Assembly: GCA_963718615.1 (NCBI GenBank)
Contig: OY970368.1
Location: 3,296,001-3,360,000, forward strand
Reading direction: 5' to 3'
Length of the DNA: 64,000 bases
Source: an uncultured cyanobacterium
Lineage (GTDB): Bacteria; Cyanobacteriota; Cyanobacteriia; PCC-9006; JAAUQQ01
Positions 29,478-39,525 of the stretch are shown piece by piece (the first letter of the stretch is position 1; each line of letters opens with the position of its first letter). A program made the translations under genes and the position numbers. The notes under the pieces are model-generated. The model had not been told where the DNA came from, ran no database searches, and saw only the letters and a program-made list of their open reading frames with translations.

Positions 29478-29963
29478 ATGACCAAGCCATCGCCGGTCGA
29501 TCGGCAGCGGGAACATCAAGCGAATGAACGGACGTTTTTGGCTTGGTTACGAACCTCCATTTCGCTGATTGGATTTGGGTTTGCGATCGCCCGCTTTGGC
29601 CTTTTTCTGCGACAAATTGGAGCAGTCGTGACTGGAGAACCTGGACCACTCCATCCGGTAGCCCATTCTGAAACCCTCGGTGTCTGTTTGGTGATCTTAG
29701 GGGTGATAGTTATTGTTCTCGCAGCCTGGCGATACAACCAGGTATTTTGGCAAATTGAGCAAGCTAATTTTCGACCCAATCGCTGGGCTGTTTGGCTGAT
29801 GACAGGCGTTGTCGCAATTTTGGGAATTGTCAGTCTGCCACTTTTGCTAGTACGAGCGACGCCGACGCTGCCCCGGTCTTCACCTGATGTTTTACCCAAT
29901 TCGTCGCAAAGATCTTCCTTGCTCTATGCAGCATTGAAACAGTTTCAAATTGGATTTTTCTAG
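29478..29963 (+). CDS. YidH/DUF202 inner membrane protein
   Basis: REHQANERTFLAWLRTSISLIGFGFAIARF signature. Confidence 0.92.
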   Translation: MTKPSPVDRQREHQANERTFLAWLRTSISLIGFGFAIARFGLFLRQIGAVVTGEPGPLHPVAHSETLGVCLVILGVIVIVLAAWRYNQVFWQIEQANFRPNRWAVWLMTGVVAILGIVSLPLLLVRATPTLPRSSPDVLPNSSQRSSLLYAALKQFQIGFF

Positions 29964-29984
29964 AGCTGCTGGATTTAGAATTTT

Positions 29985-30704
29985 TTAGTTTTGGCTTTTT
30001 GCTCGGGATCGATGACGATTAAGGCGATGTAAACGCAATAGCGTAATGCAAACCAAAACCCATAAAAAACCAACGCTGTAGCCTGCTAAAATATCTGTAG
30101 GCCAATGAACGCCTAAATAAAGGCGGCTTATGCCAACGGCGATAATCAAAATACCTGCCGCGCTATAGAAGGCCCCGGCATATTGGGGCATATGGGTCGC
30201 GAGAAGATAGCCTAAAAACCCGTAGAGCACCATGGAGCCTAGGGCATGGCCACTGGGATAGCTAAAGGTTGTTTCCGAGATTAACTGTGGCCACAGTTGA
30301 GGTCGAGGCTTATTAAATGCTAATTTCAAGCCCGTATTCAAGATGCTTCCTCCCAAGCAGTTTAGGGCAAATATTTTGGCCTCTGTTTGATAATACCGCC
30401 ACCAAAGGATAGAAAAGACTAAAATTGTAAGGGGGACCACAGTACTAGGATTGCCAAGACGAGTAAAGCTGAGCATGACTCTATCTAGAACAGGATTCGC
30501 AAATTGGTGAATCCAGATCAGAATAGTTTTGTCAAAGTTGAACGCTTCCTGCTCTAGAACATTATCAGAGAGTTTTGCAAACAAAAAAATAGCGAGTAGA
30601 CACAAGCCTAGCCATGCTATCCCTAGGAAGGCTATCAGTGATTCGATTCGAGGATAAATCTTGGTTAGCCAAAATCGAATTAAAGAGTCGAAAAAAGCCC
30701 GCAT
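29985..30704 (-). CDS. PAP2 family phosphatase
   Basis: K....KPRP, SYPSGHA, SRLYLGVHWPTDI.AG. ATG 30704. Confidence 0.93.
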   Translation of the reverse strand: MRAFFDSLIRFWLTKIYPRIESLIAFLGIAWLGLCLLAIFLFAKLSDNVLEQEAFNFDKTILIWIHQFANPVLDRVMLSFTRLGNPSTVVPLTILVFSILWWRYYQTEAKIFALNCLGGSILNTGLKLAFNKPRPQLWPQLISETTFSYPSGHALGSMVLYGFLGYLLATHMPQYAGAFYSAAGILIIAVGISRLYLGVHWPTDILAGYSVGFLWVLVCITLLRLHRLNRHRSRAKSQN

Positions 30705-30714
30705 ATCGGTTTCT

Positions 30715-31257
30715 TTATTGTCTAAGAGAATTGTGAGCAGGAGCTCGATCAATTAACCGCACCTGATTCTGTTTAACAACTACAGTAATTAAAGGCAAAG
30801 GACGCTTGGCAGGTCCTTTTACAGCAATTCCCTGGTTATCAAACTGTGAACCATGGCAAGGACAGATAAAACGATTTTTATCGGTATCCCAATTCACCGT
30901 ACAACCTAAATGGGTACAGACTGGGCGAATCGCATATTCCGCTAGCTTGGGACCCTGGGTAATAATAAGATAGGCGGGCTGTTTCTTCGGTAACCCCTGG
31001 GAAAAGATGGGAATTCCAGGTTTTGCTGTGGTGAGAAGTTGCTGGGCCAAAAAGGGAGCATTATTGCGATCGCGAGCGGCCACCCCCGGCAGATAATCTT
31101 TGCAACGCGTGTTGAGCGGAGAAGCGCTGCACAGGGTCTCTAAATCGACCGCACGGCTTTGTCCGGCTAGAGGTCTTAGAAAACCTAGGGCGATCGAACC
31201 CAAAGCACCACCAATCCAGTACTTGAGAAATTGCCGTCGCTGCTGCTGTGGAGGCAT
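30715..31257 (-). CDS. Tat-exported Rieske 2Fe-2S protein (PetC paralog)
   Basis: RRQFL; CTHLGC and CPCHGS boxes; GPAKRPL; no petA alongside. Confidence 0.88.
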   Translation of the reverse strand: MPPQQQRRQFLKYWIGGALGSIALGFLRPLAGQSRAVDLETLCSASPLNTRCKDYLPGVAARDRNNAPFLAQQLLTTAKPGIPIFSQGLPKKQPAYLIITQGPKLAEYAIRPVCTHLGCTVNWDTDKNRFICPCHGSQFDNQGIAVKGPAKRPLPLITVVVKQNQVRLIDRAPAHNSLRQ

Positions 31258-31553
31258 GGGAGGCTACCGGAATCTCCGGCCTAGAAAGAGAGGAAGAGGC
31301 CATAGAACGAACCATGGGGACTCCTATGGCTTTCAGCTTAACGCAGATTCTCAGGACTCCGCTTCCCCCTAGGGCTGCGCAACAGTTCTATCGTTTTCAC
31401 TGCCTAATCAGGATCCCATCAATACAGACCCTACCAGAGCTCAAAAGATATGAACGAATAATTTTTAGACCTCTGACAGACAAACAGTCAGGGAAGGAAA
31501 AATGCATTTTGCAGGATTTTCTTCTTTTCACTCTTTATTCTTCACACTGTCCC

Positions 31554-32630
31554 ATGACTTATTACGATCTTGGTCAAATTTCGAGTGAGATTACTTCGCG
31601 GGATGACTACTCTGTCACTCAAAGTGATCCCCAGGATGTTTTTGAGTTTGATCTGTTCAACTCTGGTCAGCAGATCAATCTGAACCTTCACGACATGAAT
31701 GGCGATGCTGATCTCTATCTATATTTTGACAGCAACAACAATGGTTTTTTAGATGGGAACGACACCCTTGTTGCTGCATCAATAAGAAGCGGAAGCCAGA
31801 ATGACGTCATTGACTATTCAACCACTTCTTCGGGAACTTATTTTGCACAAGTTGTCAACTTTAGTGGTGGTTCTATTCAGTACGATCTGGATTTTTCGGC
31901 AACCTATGATCTGGGAAGTTTGTCCAATAGTCCCGTGAGCCGAACTAGCTATCATCTCAATGCCACTGACCCCAAAGATGTCTTTGAATTTGATATTTCC
32001 GGGAATCGAACCATTCATCTAAATCTGAACAACATTAGTTCAGGGGACGATGCGGATCTACGTCTTTATCGTGACAATGGCAATGGTATTTTTGATTCCC
32101 ATGATACTATTGTGGCAAGCTCATCCAATTCAGGTCATCAGGATGATTTAATTGATTATTATGCCACAGCGGGAACCTATTTTGTTGAGGTAGCTCGCTA
32201 TGCCAATGGCAGCAATGGAGCAGTCAATTATGACCTTGATCTATCGGCAACCACGAATCGAGAAAGTAATTTGGTAGGAGGCGAAATAACGCTGGGAACA
32301 ATTTCCAGCGATCTCCATCGCTCGGGTTCCCTAAACAACAGCAATACCGTTGACTCCTATGCATTTTCCTTGGGATTTTATGGAGGAGTTAATATTTCAT
32401 TGAGTGGTTTGAGTGCGGATGCGGATATCCGACTCATTGAGGATACAAACAATAATGGTATTGTTGATAGCGGAGAGGTAATTGGAAGTTCGACGCAAGC
32501 CGGTACCTCGTCGGAATCAATTAATGGTATCGATTTTTCTGGTAACTATATTCTCCAGGTCTATCAATACAGCAGCACGGCTACGAACTACTCTCTCTCC
32601 TTAGACTATTTCTCAACACCGTTTGCTTAG
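31554..32630 (+). CDS. Protein of three tandem PPC (pre-peptidase C-terminal)-like domains
   Basis: Three units D.F.F....I.L.L......DADL.L..D.N.NG..D..D...S...G...D.I.....GTYF.V......YDL. ATG 31554; the upstream in-frame extension looks non-coding. Confidence 0.8.
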   Translation: MTYYDLGQISSEITSRDDYSVTQSDPQDVFEFDLFNSGQQINLNLHDMNGDADLYLYFDSNNNGFLDGNDTLVAASIRSGSQNDVIDYSTTSSGTYFAQVVNFSGGSIQYDLDFSATYDLGSLSNSPVSRTSYHLNATDPKDVFEFDISGNRTIHLNLNNISSGDDADLRLYRDNGNGIFDSHDTIVASSSNSGHQDDLIDYYATAGTYFVEVARYANGSNGAVNYDLDLSATTNRESNLVGGEITLGTISSDLHRSGSLNNSNTVDSYAFSLGFYGGVNISLSGLSADADIRLIEDTNNNGIVDSGEVIGSSTQAGTSSESINGIDFSGNYILQVYQYSSTATNYSLSLDYFSTPFA

Positions 32631-32641
32631 AACGCTTGTCT

Positions 32642-33049
32642 TTAGTAAGGATTTTCCATCCGGCTAGGGGGGAGGAGTGCAGACTTTTTTCGATAGCTGG
32701 AGCGCTGGCGATCGAATTGTCGCTCCATGGGATCTTTCTTCATTGCCTTAAATAGGAGGCCAATGGGAAACACAAGGCCATAGAAAACAATCCCCAAAAT
32801 AATGCGGGAGTTAATCCAGCCCAAAATGGCTCCAAACCGCATCCAAAGATAGTAAGCCGGACGGAGCGTCATGGGGGCGATCGCCCCCAACGCAATCAAA
32901 ATCGCCGAAAGAACCCATAGAAAAGTAGGCGCACTATGGCCCTTAATCCAAGGCAGGAATAAACCAAAGATGAGAATCAAGCCAATACCCGTAACAAACC
33001 CAAATTCGCGCAACCGTTTGCGATTAGCCGGTGGAATTTCGTGAAACAT
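32642..33049 (-). CDS. SxtJ-family membrane protein
   Basis: LREFG, P..L.P.Y..WM.FG.ILGWINSRIILG.VFY....PIG, DPM.R, SYR, M.NP(Y/F). Confidence 0.85.
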   Translation of the reverse strand: MFHEIPPANRKRLREFGFVTGIGLILIFGLFLPWIKGHSAPTFLWVLSAILIALGAIAPMTLRPAYYLWMRFGAILGWINSRIILGIVFYGLVFPIGLLFKAMKKDPMERQFDRQRSSYRKKSALLPPSRMENPY

Positions 33050-33095
33050 GATGATCAATTCACAGTACTTATCAACTCATCGGACTCAATCGAAC

Positions 33096-34937
33096 TTAAT
33101 CCAACTCAAATTCCTGTTGCCAGGATTCATCCTTGGGAACGGCTGGCTGCCCAGTCTTTTTCAATAGACAATTTTCGAGCACCAGATAATCCATTTCCGT
33201 ACGCATAAAGCACCGATAGGCATCTTCCGGTGTGCAAACAATAGGTTCACCGCGCACATTAAACGACGTATTGACAATTACAGCGCTGCCGGTCTTTTTT
33301 TCAAATTCCTGAATCAATCGATAGTAACGTGGATTCGTTTCAGGATGGACCGTTTGAATTCGAGCGGAATAGTCAACATGGGTGATTGCGGGGAGTTGCG
33401 ATCGCTCCATCTTCAACTTCTCAACTCCAAACGCCTGCGACTGTTCTGGTGTGATTGGCAAGCGCAATCCTTCCTGCACTTCAGCGACCAAAAGCATATA
33501 GGGACTGGGGCGATCGATCTGAAAATAATCCGCAACGCGCTCGTGCAAAACCGAGGGAGCAAAGGGTCGAAAAGATTCGCGGTATTTGATTTTGAGATTC
33601 ATAACCGACTGCATTTTTGGACTACGGGCATCGCCAATAATCGAACGTCCGCCCAGGGCGCGGGGGCCAAATTCCATTCGTCCTTGGAACCAACCGATGA
33701 CATGTTCTGCGGCAATCAACGCTGCGACTTGGGGCAAAAGCTGCTCATCGGCAAGCCGCTCATAGGGTGCATGAATCGATTGTAAATAGGCTTCAATCTC
33801 TTCATTGCTAAAGGCTGGACCCAAATAGCCTCCGGTCATGGCATCGCCTGTACCTGCCTGTCGAGGTTGGTCACGGTACTGATACCAGGCGGCGAGGGCC
33901 GCGCCCACAGCACTGCCTGCATCCCCAGAAGCGGGTTGAATCCAGATATCTTCAAACGGCCCCTCTCGCAATAACCGCCCGTTGGCCACACAATTGAGCG
34001 CTACGCCTCCGGCTAAACAGAGATAGGGCTGTTGGGTTTCGCGATGGACTGTCCGACCTAGGCGCAACACGATTTCCTCCGTCACCCTTTGAACAGAAGC
34101 GGCTAAATCCATCTCTCGCTGGCTGAGTGGCGTTTCCGGTTGGCGAGGGGGTGCGCCGAAAAGGCGATCGAATCGCGAGTGGGTCATGGTCAATCCGGCG
34201 GCATAGTTGAAATAGTCCATGTTCAACCGGAAGGTGCCATCAGCCTTAAGATCGAGCAGATGTTCCAGGATCAGATCTACATATTTAGGTTCGCCATAGG
34301 GGGCCAATCCCATGACTTTATATTCCCCCGAATTTACCTTAAAGCCGGTGTAGTAGGTAAAGGCGGAATAGAGCATCCCCAAGGAATGAGGAAAATCGAG
34401 CTCCCATTGAGGGGTGAGTTGATTATCTTGCCCGAGCCAGACGGAGGCAGTGGCCCATTCCCCTACAGCATCCAGACAGAGAACCGCCGCTTGCTGAAAC
34501 GGGCTGGGGAAAAAGGCAGCGGCAGCGTGGGCCTGGTGATGCTCGGTGAAGAGCAGTTTGGGCAGGTCATCCCGCTGGCATTGGCCGACTTGGCGTAGCT
34601 CTTTTTTGAGGACGGTTTTAAGGTAGAGCTTTTCCTTTAGCCAAACGGGCATCGCCATGGTGAACGATCGCAAGCCCCGAGGTGCGTAGGCAATATAGGT
34701 CTCCAGCAAGCGCTCAAACGTCACCAACGGCTTTTCGTAAAAGACGACTTCCTCTAAATCCGTCAGACTCAAGCCCGCTGCCGCAAGACAGTAGCGAATA
34801 GCCTGGGCGGGGAAGCGAGCATCGTGCTTTTTGCGGCTAAACCGCTCTTCCTGGGCAGCGGCAACAATGTTGCCATCAATGACCAGAGCGGCGGCGCTGT
34901 CGTGGTAGTACGCGGAGATGCCAAGGATTGCCGTCAT
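33096..34937 (-). CDS. O-carbamoyltransferase (NodU/CmcH/SxtI family)
   Basis: ILGISAYYHDSAAAL, QEERFSRKKHD, EHH.AHAAAAF, GEYKVMGLAPYG, AGGVALNCVANG, EFGPRALG.RS, RESFRPFAPS, NTSFNVRGEPIV. Confidence 0.95.
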   Translation of the reverse strand: MTAILGISAYYHDSAAALVIDGNIVAAAQEERFSRKKHDARFPAQAIRYCLAAAGLSLTDLEEVVFYEKPLVTFERLLETYIAYAPRGLRSFTMAMPVWLKEKLYLKTVLKKELRQVGQCQRDDLPKLLFTEHHQAHAAAAFFPSPFQQAAVLCLDAVGEWATASVWLGQDNQLTPQWELDFPHSLGMLYSAFTYYTGFKVNSGEYKVMGLAPYGEPKYVDLILEHLLDLKADGTFRLNMDYFNYAAGLTMTHSRFDRLFGAPPRQPETPLSQREMDLAASVQRVTEEIVLRLGRTVHRETQQPYLCLAGGVALNCVANGRLLREGPFEDIWIQPASGDAGSAVGAALAAWYQYRDQPRQAGTGDAMTGGYLGPAFSNEEIEAYLQSIHAPYERLADEQLLPQVAALIAAEHVIGWFQGRMEFGPRALGGRSIIGDARSPKMQSVMNLKIKYRESFRPFAPSVLHERVADYFQIDRPSPYMLLVAEVQEGLRLPITPEQSQAFGVEKLKMERSQLPAITHVDYSARIQTVHPETNPRYYRLIQEFEKKTGSAVIVNTSFNVRGEPIVCTPEDAYRCFMRTEMDYLVLENCLLKKTGQPAVPKDESWQQEFELD

Positions 34938-35015
34938 GGGTCTAGGAAAAAGAGCGTTGCAGAACGCTAGCATAAACGATTTGGGGTTTCTTGCTGGGCG
35001 CTTTGGCTTCGAGTG

Positions 35016-35633
35016 CTAATGAACCTGACCCGCAGCTAACAAGGCCTTAGCAGTTAAATTTAGCTCGGGAAACGTTTTCAGATCGATCGGTTGTTCTCCG
35101 CGCAATAATCTGATCTGATACTCGCCCTCTCCCCATTGACAAAGACTAATGGTGGGTTGCTTGGGAAAACCGATATGCCGCCGTCCTCCCAAACCGAGAT
35201 AATCAACGATCAAATATTCCTGAATTCCCATCGCCTCATAATCAGTCAGCTTGTGGCCATAGTCATCGCCCCAATTGCTGCTAACGACCTCAACGACTAG
35301 CGGAGCTGAAGTTCCCTGAGTAATCGTTGAGGCTTTTTTCCAGAGCGGTTCTTGATCAAGCTGGCGTTTGTCTAGCACCACTAAATCTGGTTTGTAGCCC
35401 ATAAACGGTGTTTTAGGTTTCACCGTGCAGGTGCGTGGCAAGAGGTAGGGCAAATTAAGGCGGCGAATCTCAAAATTGAGCTCCGCCACCAGATAGGCAA
35501 TGATTTCCTCATGATCCCCCGTTGGATTCACCTCAACTCGCTCCCCGTTAATAAGTTCGTAAATTCCGCCATCTTCGGGATAGCTCTCTAGATATTCATC
35601 GAACGTTAAGGCTGGAAGACGCGCTTGAATCAT
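35016..35633 (-). CDS. Uma2 family endonuclease-fold protein
   Basis: LTFDEYL, YELINGE, PD.VV, PLVVEVVS.NW.DDY.HKL.DYE..GI.EY.IVD. Confidence 0.92.
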   Translation of the reverse strand: MIQARLPALTFDEYLESYPEDGGIYELINGERVEVNPTGDHEEIIAYLVAELNFEIRRLNLPYLLPRTCTVKPKTPFMGYKPDLVVLDKRQLDQEPLWKKASTITQGTSAPLVVEVVSSNWGDDYGHKLTDYEAMGIQEYLIVDYLGLGGRRHIGFPKQPTISLCQWGEGEYQIRLLRGEQPIDLKTFPELNLTAKALLAAGQVH

Positions 35634-35685
35634 GGAATTTTCCAAGACAAGAATTTAATTGTTCAAGGACTAATTGTCCAAGACC

Positions 35686-36837
35686 CTACAGATTATTGGG
35701 ATCGATGCCTCCTTCCGGAATCACCCATTTTGGTGTTTCCGTGCGTGCCTTTTCAGCCCGCTCCGCGTTGCGCCGCTCCACGGCGATCGCCGCCAACTCC
35801 AGCATCTTATCCAACGAGGTCGTTTCAATAAACGCTGCGGCCTTGGCCTGTTCATCCTTGCTCGGACATTGGTCCCCCAGAATGCAGCCATTCACACAGG
35901 CGATCGCACAGTCAATCGTCTGCCCCGTCGCGGGATGAATCGGTTGAATCGATAGATTCTGAGCGGTTGTGCTCGCACCTGGCTGGACCCTACTGCCCAT
36001 GGCCCCCGAAAAAACCAACTGAGCCGGTCCTGTCATATACAGATGATTATTGGCTGCCGACCATTCGATGATCAGATTGCCGCCGGGGAGTTCTAGGGTG
36101 GCTTGGCGATCGCTCAAATCATTCAACACCGCCGCCACGAGCGAGGCACAGGCCCCCGTCCCACAGGCCAGCGTTGCCCCCGCGCCCCGTTCCCAAACCC
36201 GCATCTTAAGATAATCGCGGCTCACGACCTGAATAAATTCGGTATTGGTCCGGGCCGGGAAAACCGGATGGTTCTCAAATTTGGGGCCAAGGGCCGCTAG
36301 ATCAATGACTTCAGCATCCTCCACAAACGTAATTGCGTGGGGATTGCCCATACTCACGCAGGTCATCGCCCAGGTTTTGCCGTCCACCTCCAAGGGCTGA
36401 GCCACAACCTGATGCGCACGCTCAGGCAGCGTGGTGGGAATTTCCGCTGCGGCCAATCGAGGCTCACCCATATCGACGCGAACCCGCCCATCTGCCTGAA
36501 GCGTCGGTACGATTAGTCCCGCTAGGGTATGGATGCGATATTGCTTTTCCGTGCCTACAGGAATGCCTTCTAGGTCTGCAATAAACCGGGCCATGCAGCG
36601 AATGCCATTGCCACACATCTCCGGCTCTGAGCCATCGGAGTTGAAAATGCGCATCGTGTAATCGGTGCCGTTCTGACCGGGCAAGGCAAAAATCACGCCG
36701 TCTGCACCAATGCCAAAATTGCGATCGCACCACTGCACCGCCTCTTCTGGCGATAGCTGAGGTTCATTGCTCTCGCGATTGTCGATCAGGATGAAGTCGT
36801 TTCCCAGCCCGTGGTACTTGCTAAAGGCGATGCTCAT
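35686..36837 (-). CDS. dapF: Diaminopimelate epimerase with ~105-aa C-terminal Cys-rich extension
   Basis: [48 protein letters not shown]; ORF continues past VFSG into a CX3CX3CX5C domain. Confidence 0.95.
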   Translation of the reverse strand: MSIAFSKYHGLGNDFILIDNRESNEPQLSPEEAVQWCDRNFGIGADGVIFALPGQNGTDYTMRIFNSDGSEPEMCGNGIRCMARFIADLEGIPVGTEKQYRIHTLAGLIVPTLQADGRVRVDMGEPRLAAAEIPTTLPERAHQVVAQPLEVDGKTWAMTCVSMGNPHAITFVEDAEVIDLAALGPKFENHPVFPARTNTEFIQVVSRDYLKMRVWERGAGATLACGTGACASLVAAVLNDLSDRQATLELPGGNLIIEWSAANNHLYMTGPAQLVFSGAMGSRVQPGASTTAQNLSIQPIHPATGQTIDCAIACVNGCILGDQCPSKDEQAKAAAFIETTSLDKMLELAAIAVERRNAERAEKARTETPKWVIPEGGIDPNNL

Positions 36838-37083
36838 GGTGGATTGCTAAATTTTGCTCTCTTGGCACTCTATATAAAAATATTATGGGCTTTAGACCTC
36901 TGGTGTCAGAATCTAACTAAAGACAAGGCAGGAGACCAATCAAGAGACCAAGCGGCAAATGAAGGCAAAAGCCCCAGGTCTGGGCATTCTCTAGAGAGAG
37001 ACAATAGTGTTACAGTCGCTAGTACTACAGTCGCTACTGAGGCTATTCGGTCCCCAATCATCGTCACGCCTTATATCGTCCCT

Positions 37084-37311
37084 ATGAACATTCCCGTCAA
37101 AGCAGTGGTCGAATCTCCGACCCCCAGCCTACGCCAGCTCCAGGGTTACATTCGCGAAAAACAGCCCTTAGAGATCAAGCTTCTGACTGGCGATCTATTA
37201 TCTGGAACCCTGTTTTGGCAAGATACCGATTGTCTGTGCCTCAAACTGTCTGGCGATCAGACGATTACGGTGTGGAAACAGGCGATCGCCTTCATCCAGC
37301 CGAAGAACTAG
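37084..37311 (+). CDS. hfq: Cyanobacterial Hfq
   Basis: PSLRQLQ.YI.EK..LEIKLLTGD...G...WQD..C......V.KQAIAFI; divergent from dapF, an arrangement I recall from other cyanobacteria. Confidence 0.9.
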   Translation: MNIPVKAVVESPTPSLRQLQGYIREKQPLEIKLLTGDLLSGTLFWQDTDCLCLKLSGDQTITVWKQAIAFIQPKN

Positions 37312-37376
37312 AGTGACGAAGTGATGGGGTGGTATTCTTCAGAGTCATGCAGCATTTGCATCCTCCTCCACCATCC

Positions 37377-38261
37377 ATGGTTATGAAGCTGAAGTCTTTG
37401 CTCGGGTCTCGCCTGGGGCGATTGACCCCGTTTTTTATCGTTGGCCTCCTGATGATCTGGGCGATCCCGGCTAGTGCCCTTGAAGCCCGCCTTAGCCCCA
37501 GCAGCCCGAAACTGGGCGATACGATTTCCGTTGTGGTGACCGATGTTGCCCCAGACACTGAGCCTACGGTCACGTTCCGCAACAAAGCCTATCCCGCTTT
37601 TCCCCTGGGCAACGGTCGCTTTCGGGCGCTGCTGCCAACAACGCCCTTGGATAAACCGGCGCGGGAAACGGTTCAAGTCAGTGATGGGCAGGCGCAGCAG
37701 TCGCTGGCCGTGCAGGTGGGTGATCGCAGTTTCCCCACCCAGAGCATTTGGCTCCCCCCCGGCAAAGCGGAATTGAATGGCTCGGACTACGAATTTGACA
37801 AAGTCGATGCCTTCAAAGCCCTCGTGACACCCCAGAAGTTTTGGAATGGACCCTTTAAGCGCCCAGCGAATGCGGAGGTCACAACGGTCTTTGGTGTCAA
37901 GCGCTACTACAACGGTGTCTTTGCCGATGACTATTATCATCGCGGCGTTGACTATGGCGGCGGCACCGGTGCGCCGGTTTACGCCCCCGCCGCAGGCCGG
38001 ATTGCCTTGATTGGCCGTGAGCGGGATGGCTTTGAAATTCACGGCAACTGCGTCGGCCTTGACCATGGTCAAGGCGTGCTGAGTATCATGATTCATCTCA
38101 GCCGGATTGATGTGCAAGAAGGGCAAATGGTCCAGGCCGGTCAGCAAATTGGGGCGATCGGCTCCACGGGCGCAGCCACCGGCCCCCATCTCCACTGGGG
38201 ACTCTATGTCAATGGTCAAGCCGTAGACCCCGTCGCTTGGCGGTATGACGGCGTCGAATAG
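37377..38261 (+). CDS. M23 family metallopeptidase
   Basis: Signal peptide; HRGVDY, GN.V.LDHGQG, HLS, GSTG.ATGPHLHW. Confidence 0.93.
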   Translation: MVMKLKSLLGSRLGRLTPFFIVGLLMIWAIPASALEARLSPSSPKLGDTISVVVTDVAPDTEPTVTFRNKAYPAFPLGNGRFRALLPTTPLDKPARETVQVSDGQAQQSLAVQVGDRSFPTQSIWLPPGKAELNGSDYEFDKVDAFKALVTPQKFWNGPFKRPANAEVTTVFGVKRYYNGVFADDYYHRGVDYGGGTGAPVYAPAAGRIALIGRERDGFEIHGNCVGLDHGQGVLSIMIHLSRIDVQEGQMVQAGQQIGAIGSTGAATGPHLHWGLYVNGQAVDPVAWRYDGVE

Positions 38262-38934
38262 GGCTGCCGTATCTCCCTTTTCCTGGGCAAATCTCGGAGC
38301 TGTTCTAGCCAGCGGACGGTTAATCCTACGTCCGTAGCGGTTCCGTGTGCCTCGTCAGCAATGCGGATGCGAGAATTTTGGCCTGGGTATGGCCTGGGCG
38401 ATCGCGATCCGCTTTCTGCTTTTGGGCAATCTAAAAACCACATTTATTTGCTTCAAAAAGAGATAAATCAAGTCGACAAAAGGGTTGACCTCAGACCTTG
38501 ATCAAGTCTCCAAATCAGGAATAGCTGAAGGGTTGGCGATCGCTCCAGATTCAACCCTTTCAAAGGTCAATAAAAATATTCGGTCAAACACTAAATTCAC
38601 ACTAACTTCAAAATCATAAAAATGCTTAAAAATCTCGAATCGAGAATAAAAAGCTCGATCTATACGGTTTTAGAAAACCCTAGAGTTCCTATAGATTCTG
38701 AGTTTTGTTTGTCGAAGTAAAATAAGCCAAGAGAATACCCTAGCCTCTCAGCCATTCCTATTTTGCCTTTTTCAACAGGATTAAAAGGGTTTATAAGAGG
38801 GGCCTTACCTAGAGTTTTGTGGAGATTACGGCGACAAATTTGAATCCTATATCAGGATGTTTTCTGATGTTGACGCCTCTGCATGATTGTTAACGTGATG
38901 GGGAACGATAAGCCTAAGGCTCACGACCTGAAGG

Positions 38935-39525
38935 ATGATACAGGAAGCCACTATGAACAGTATTGAAAAAATCGTTCAGCAAGCCATTCAAGATGGTTAC
39001 CTGACTCCCGCTATGGAAGCCGAAGTGGGTCGCATCTGCGATACCGCCTCTGAGCTTTCCATCGAAGAGTACATGGCCCTTGACCGTCTGATGGGCGCGC
39101 TGTTGACCGGTGAAGTGGTTGCGGTTCCCCGTAAGCAGTTCATTAATGTGATGGAAGAGCTGGTCCTAACGGAGGCGATCGCCCGCGTGGGTGAAATCGA
39201 ATCCAACAGCGACCAGACCCTAGACCTCGGCGATATCGCAGCTTATGCCCTGAATCGTCTCCCTCCCCTTTACGCAACCACCGAGGAAGGCGCTCGCTTC
39301 CAGCGGGAACGCGCCCAAGAGCGGCTACGGGAACTGATTGGACAACAGGTGGAAGAGGCCATTTCCCACAGCCTCAACCGTCCCGAATTCTTCCCCGAGC
39401 GTCAAGCCCTTAATAAAGGCGTGACCAGTGGCTCGATTCTAGAACAGGTGACCGCCTTGCTGCGAACCTACGCCCCTGATCTCGATGAACAGGCGGGTAA
39501 AGGGCAACCCATCGCCATCGGCTAA
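38935..39525 (+). CDS. ComFB-domain protein (CdgR-like cyclic-dinucleotide receptor)
   Basis: FINVMEELV, DIAAYALNRLPPLYATTEEG ComFB motif plus N-terminal IE.IV.QA.QDGYLTP..E.E....EEYMALDRLM.AL domain; the start may be ATG 38953. Confidence 0.85.
   Translation: MIQEATMNSIEKIVQQAIQDGYLTPAMEAEVGRICDTASELSIEEYMALDRLMGALLTGEVVAVPRKQFINVMEELVLTEAIARVGEIESNSDQTLDLGDIAAYALNRLPPLYATTEEGARFQRERAQERLRELIGQQVEEAISHSLNRPEFFPERQALNKGVTSGSILEQVTALLRTYAPDLDEQAGKGQPIAIG

Noticed and set aside
31248-31553. N-terminal 102 aa of the 460-aa ORF
   Set aside because: Overlaps the divergent Rieske start and reads like translated promoter DNA; the repeat domains begin at ATG 31554.
32642-34937. Saxitoxin gene cluster
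   Set aside because: Only sxtI/sxtJ-like genes are present; no sxtA, sxtG, sxtB or other core genes, and such homologs occur in non-producers.
36811-37083. N-terminal extension of hfq in the ORF track
   Set aside because: Overlaps the dapF start and intergenic micro-repeats; the Hfq fold starts after ATG 37084.
37308-38219. 303-aa antisense ORF over the M23 gene (similarly 22363-22899 over rpe and 19929-20573)
   Set aside because: Fully overlaps well-supported genes on the other strand and has no recognisable motifs.
38609-38627. FurC/PerR box-like CAAAATCATAA
   Set aside because: Only one half resembles the consensus as I recall it, in AT-rich DNA; no palindromic second half.
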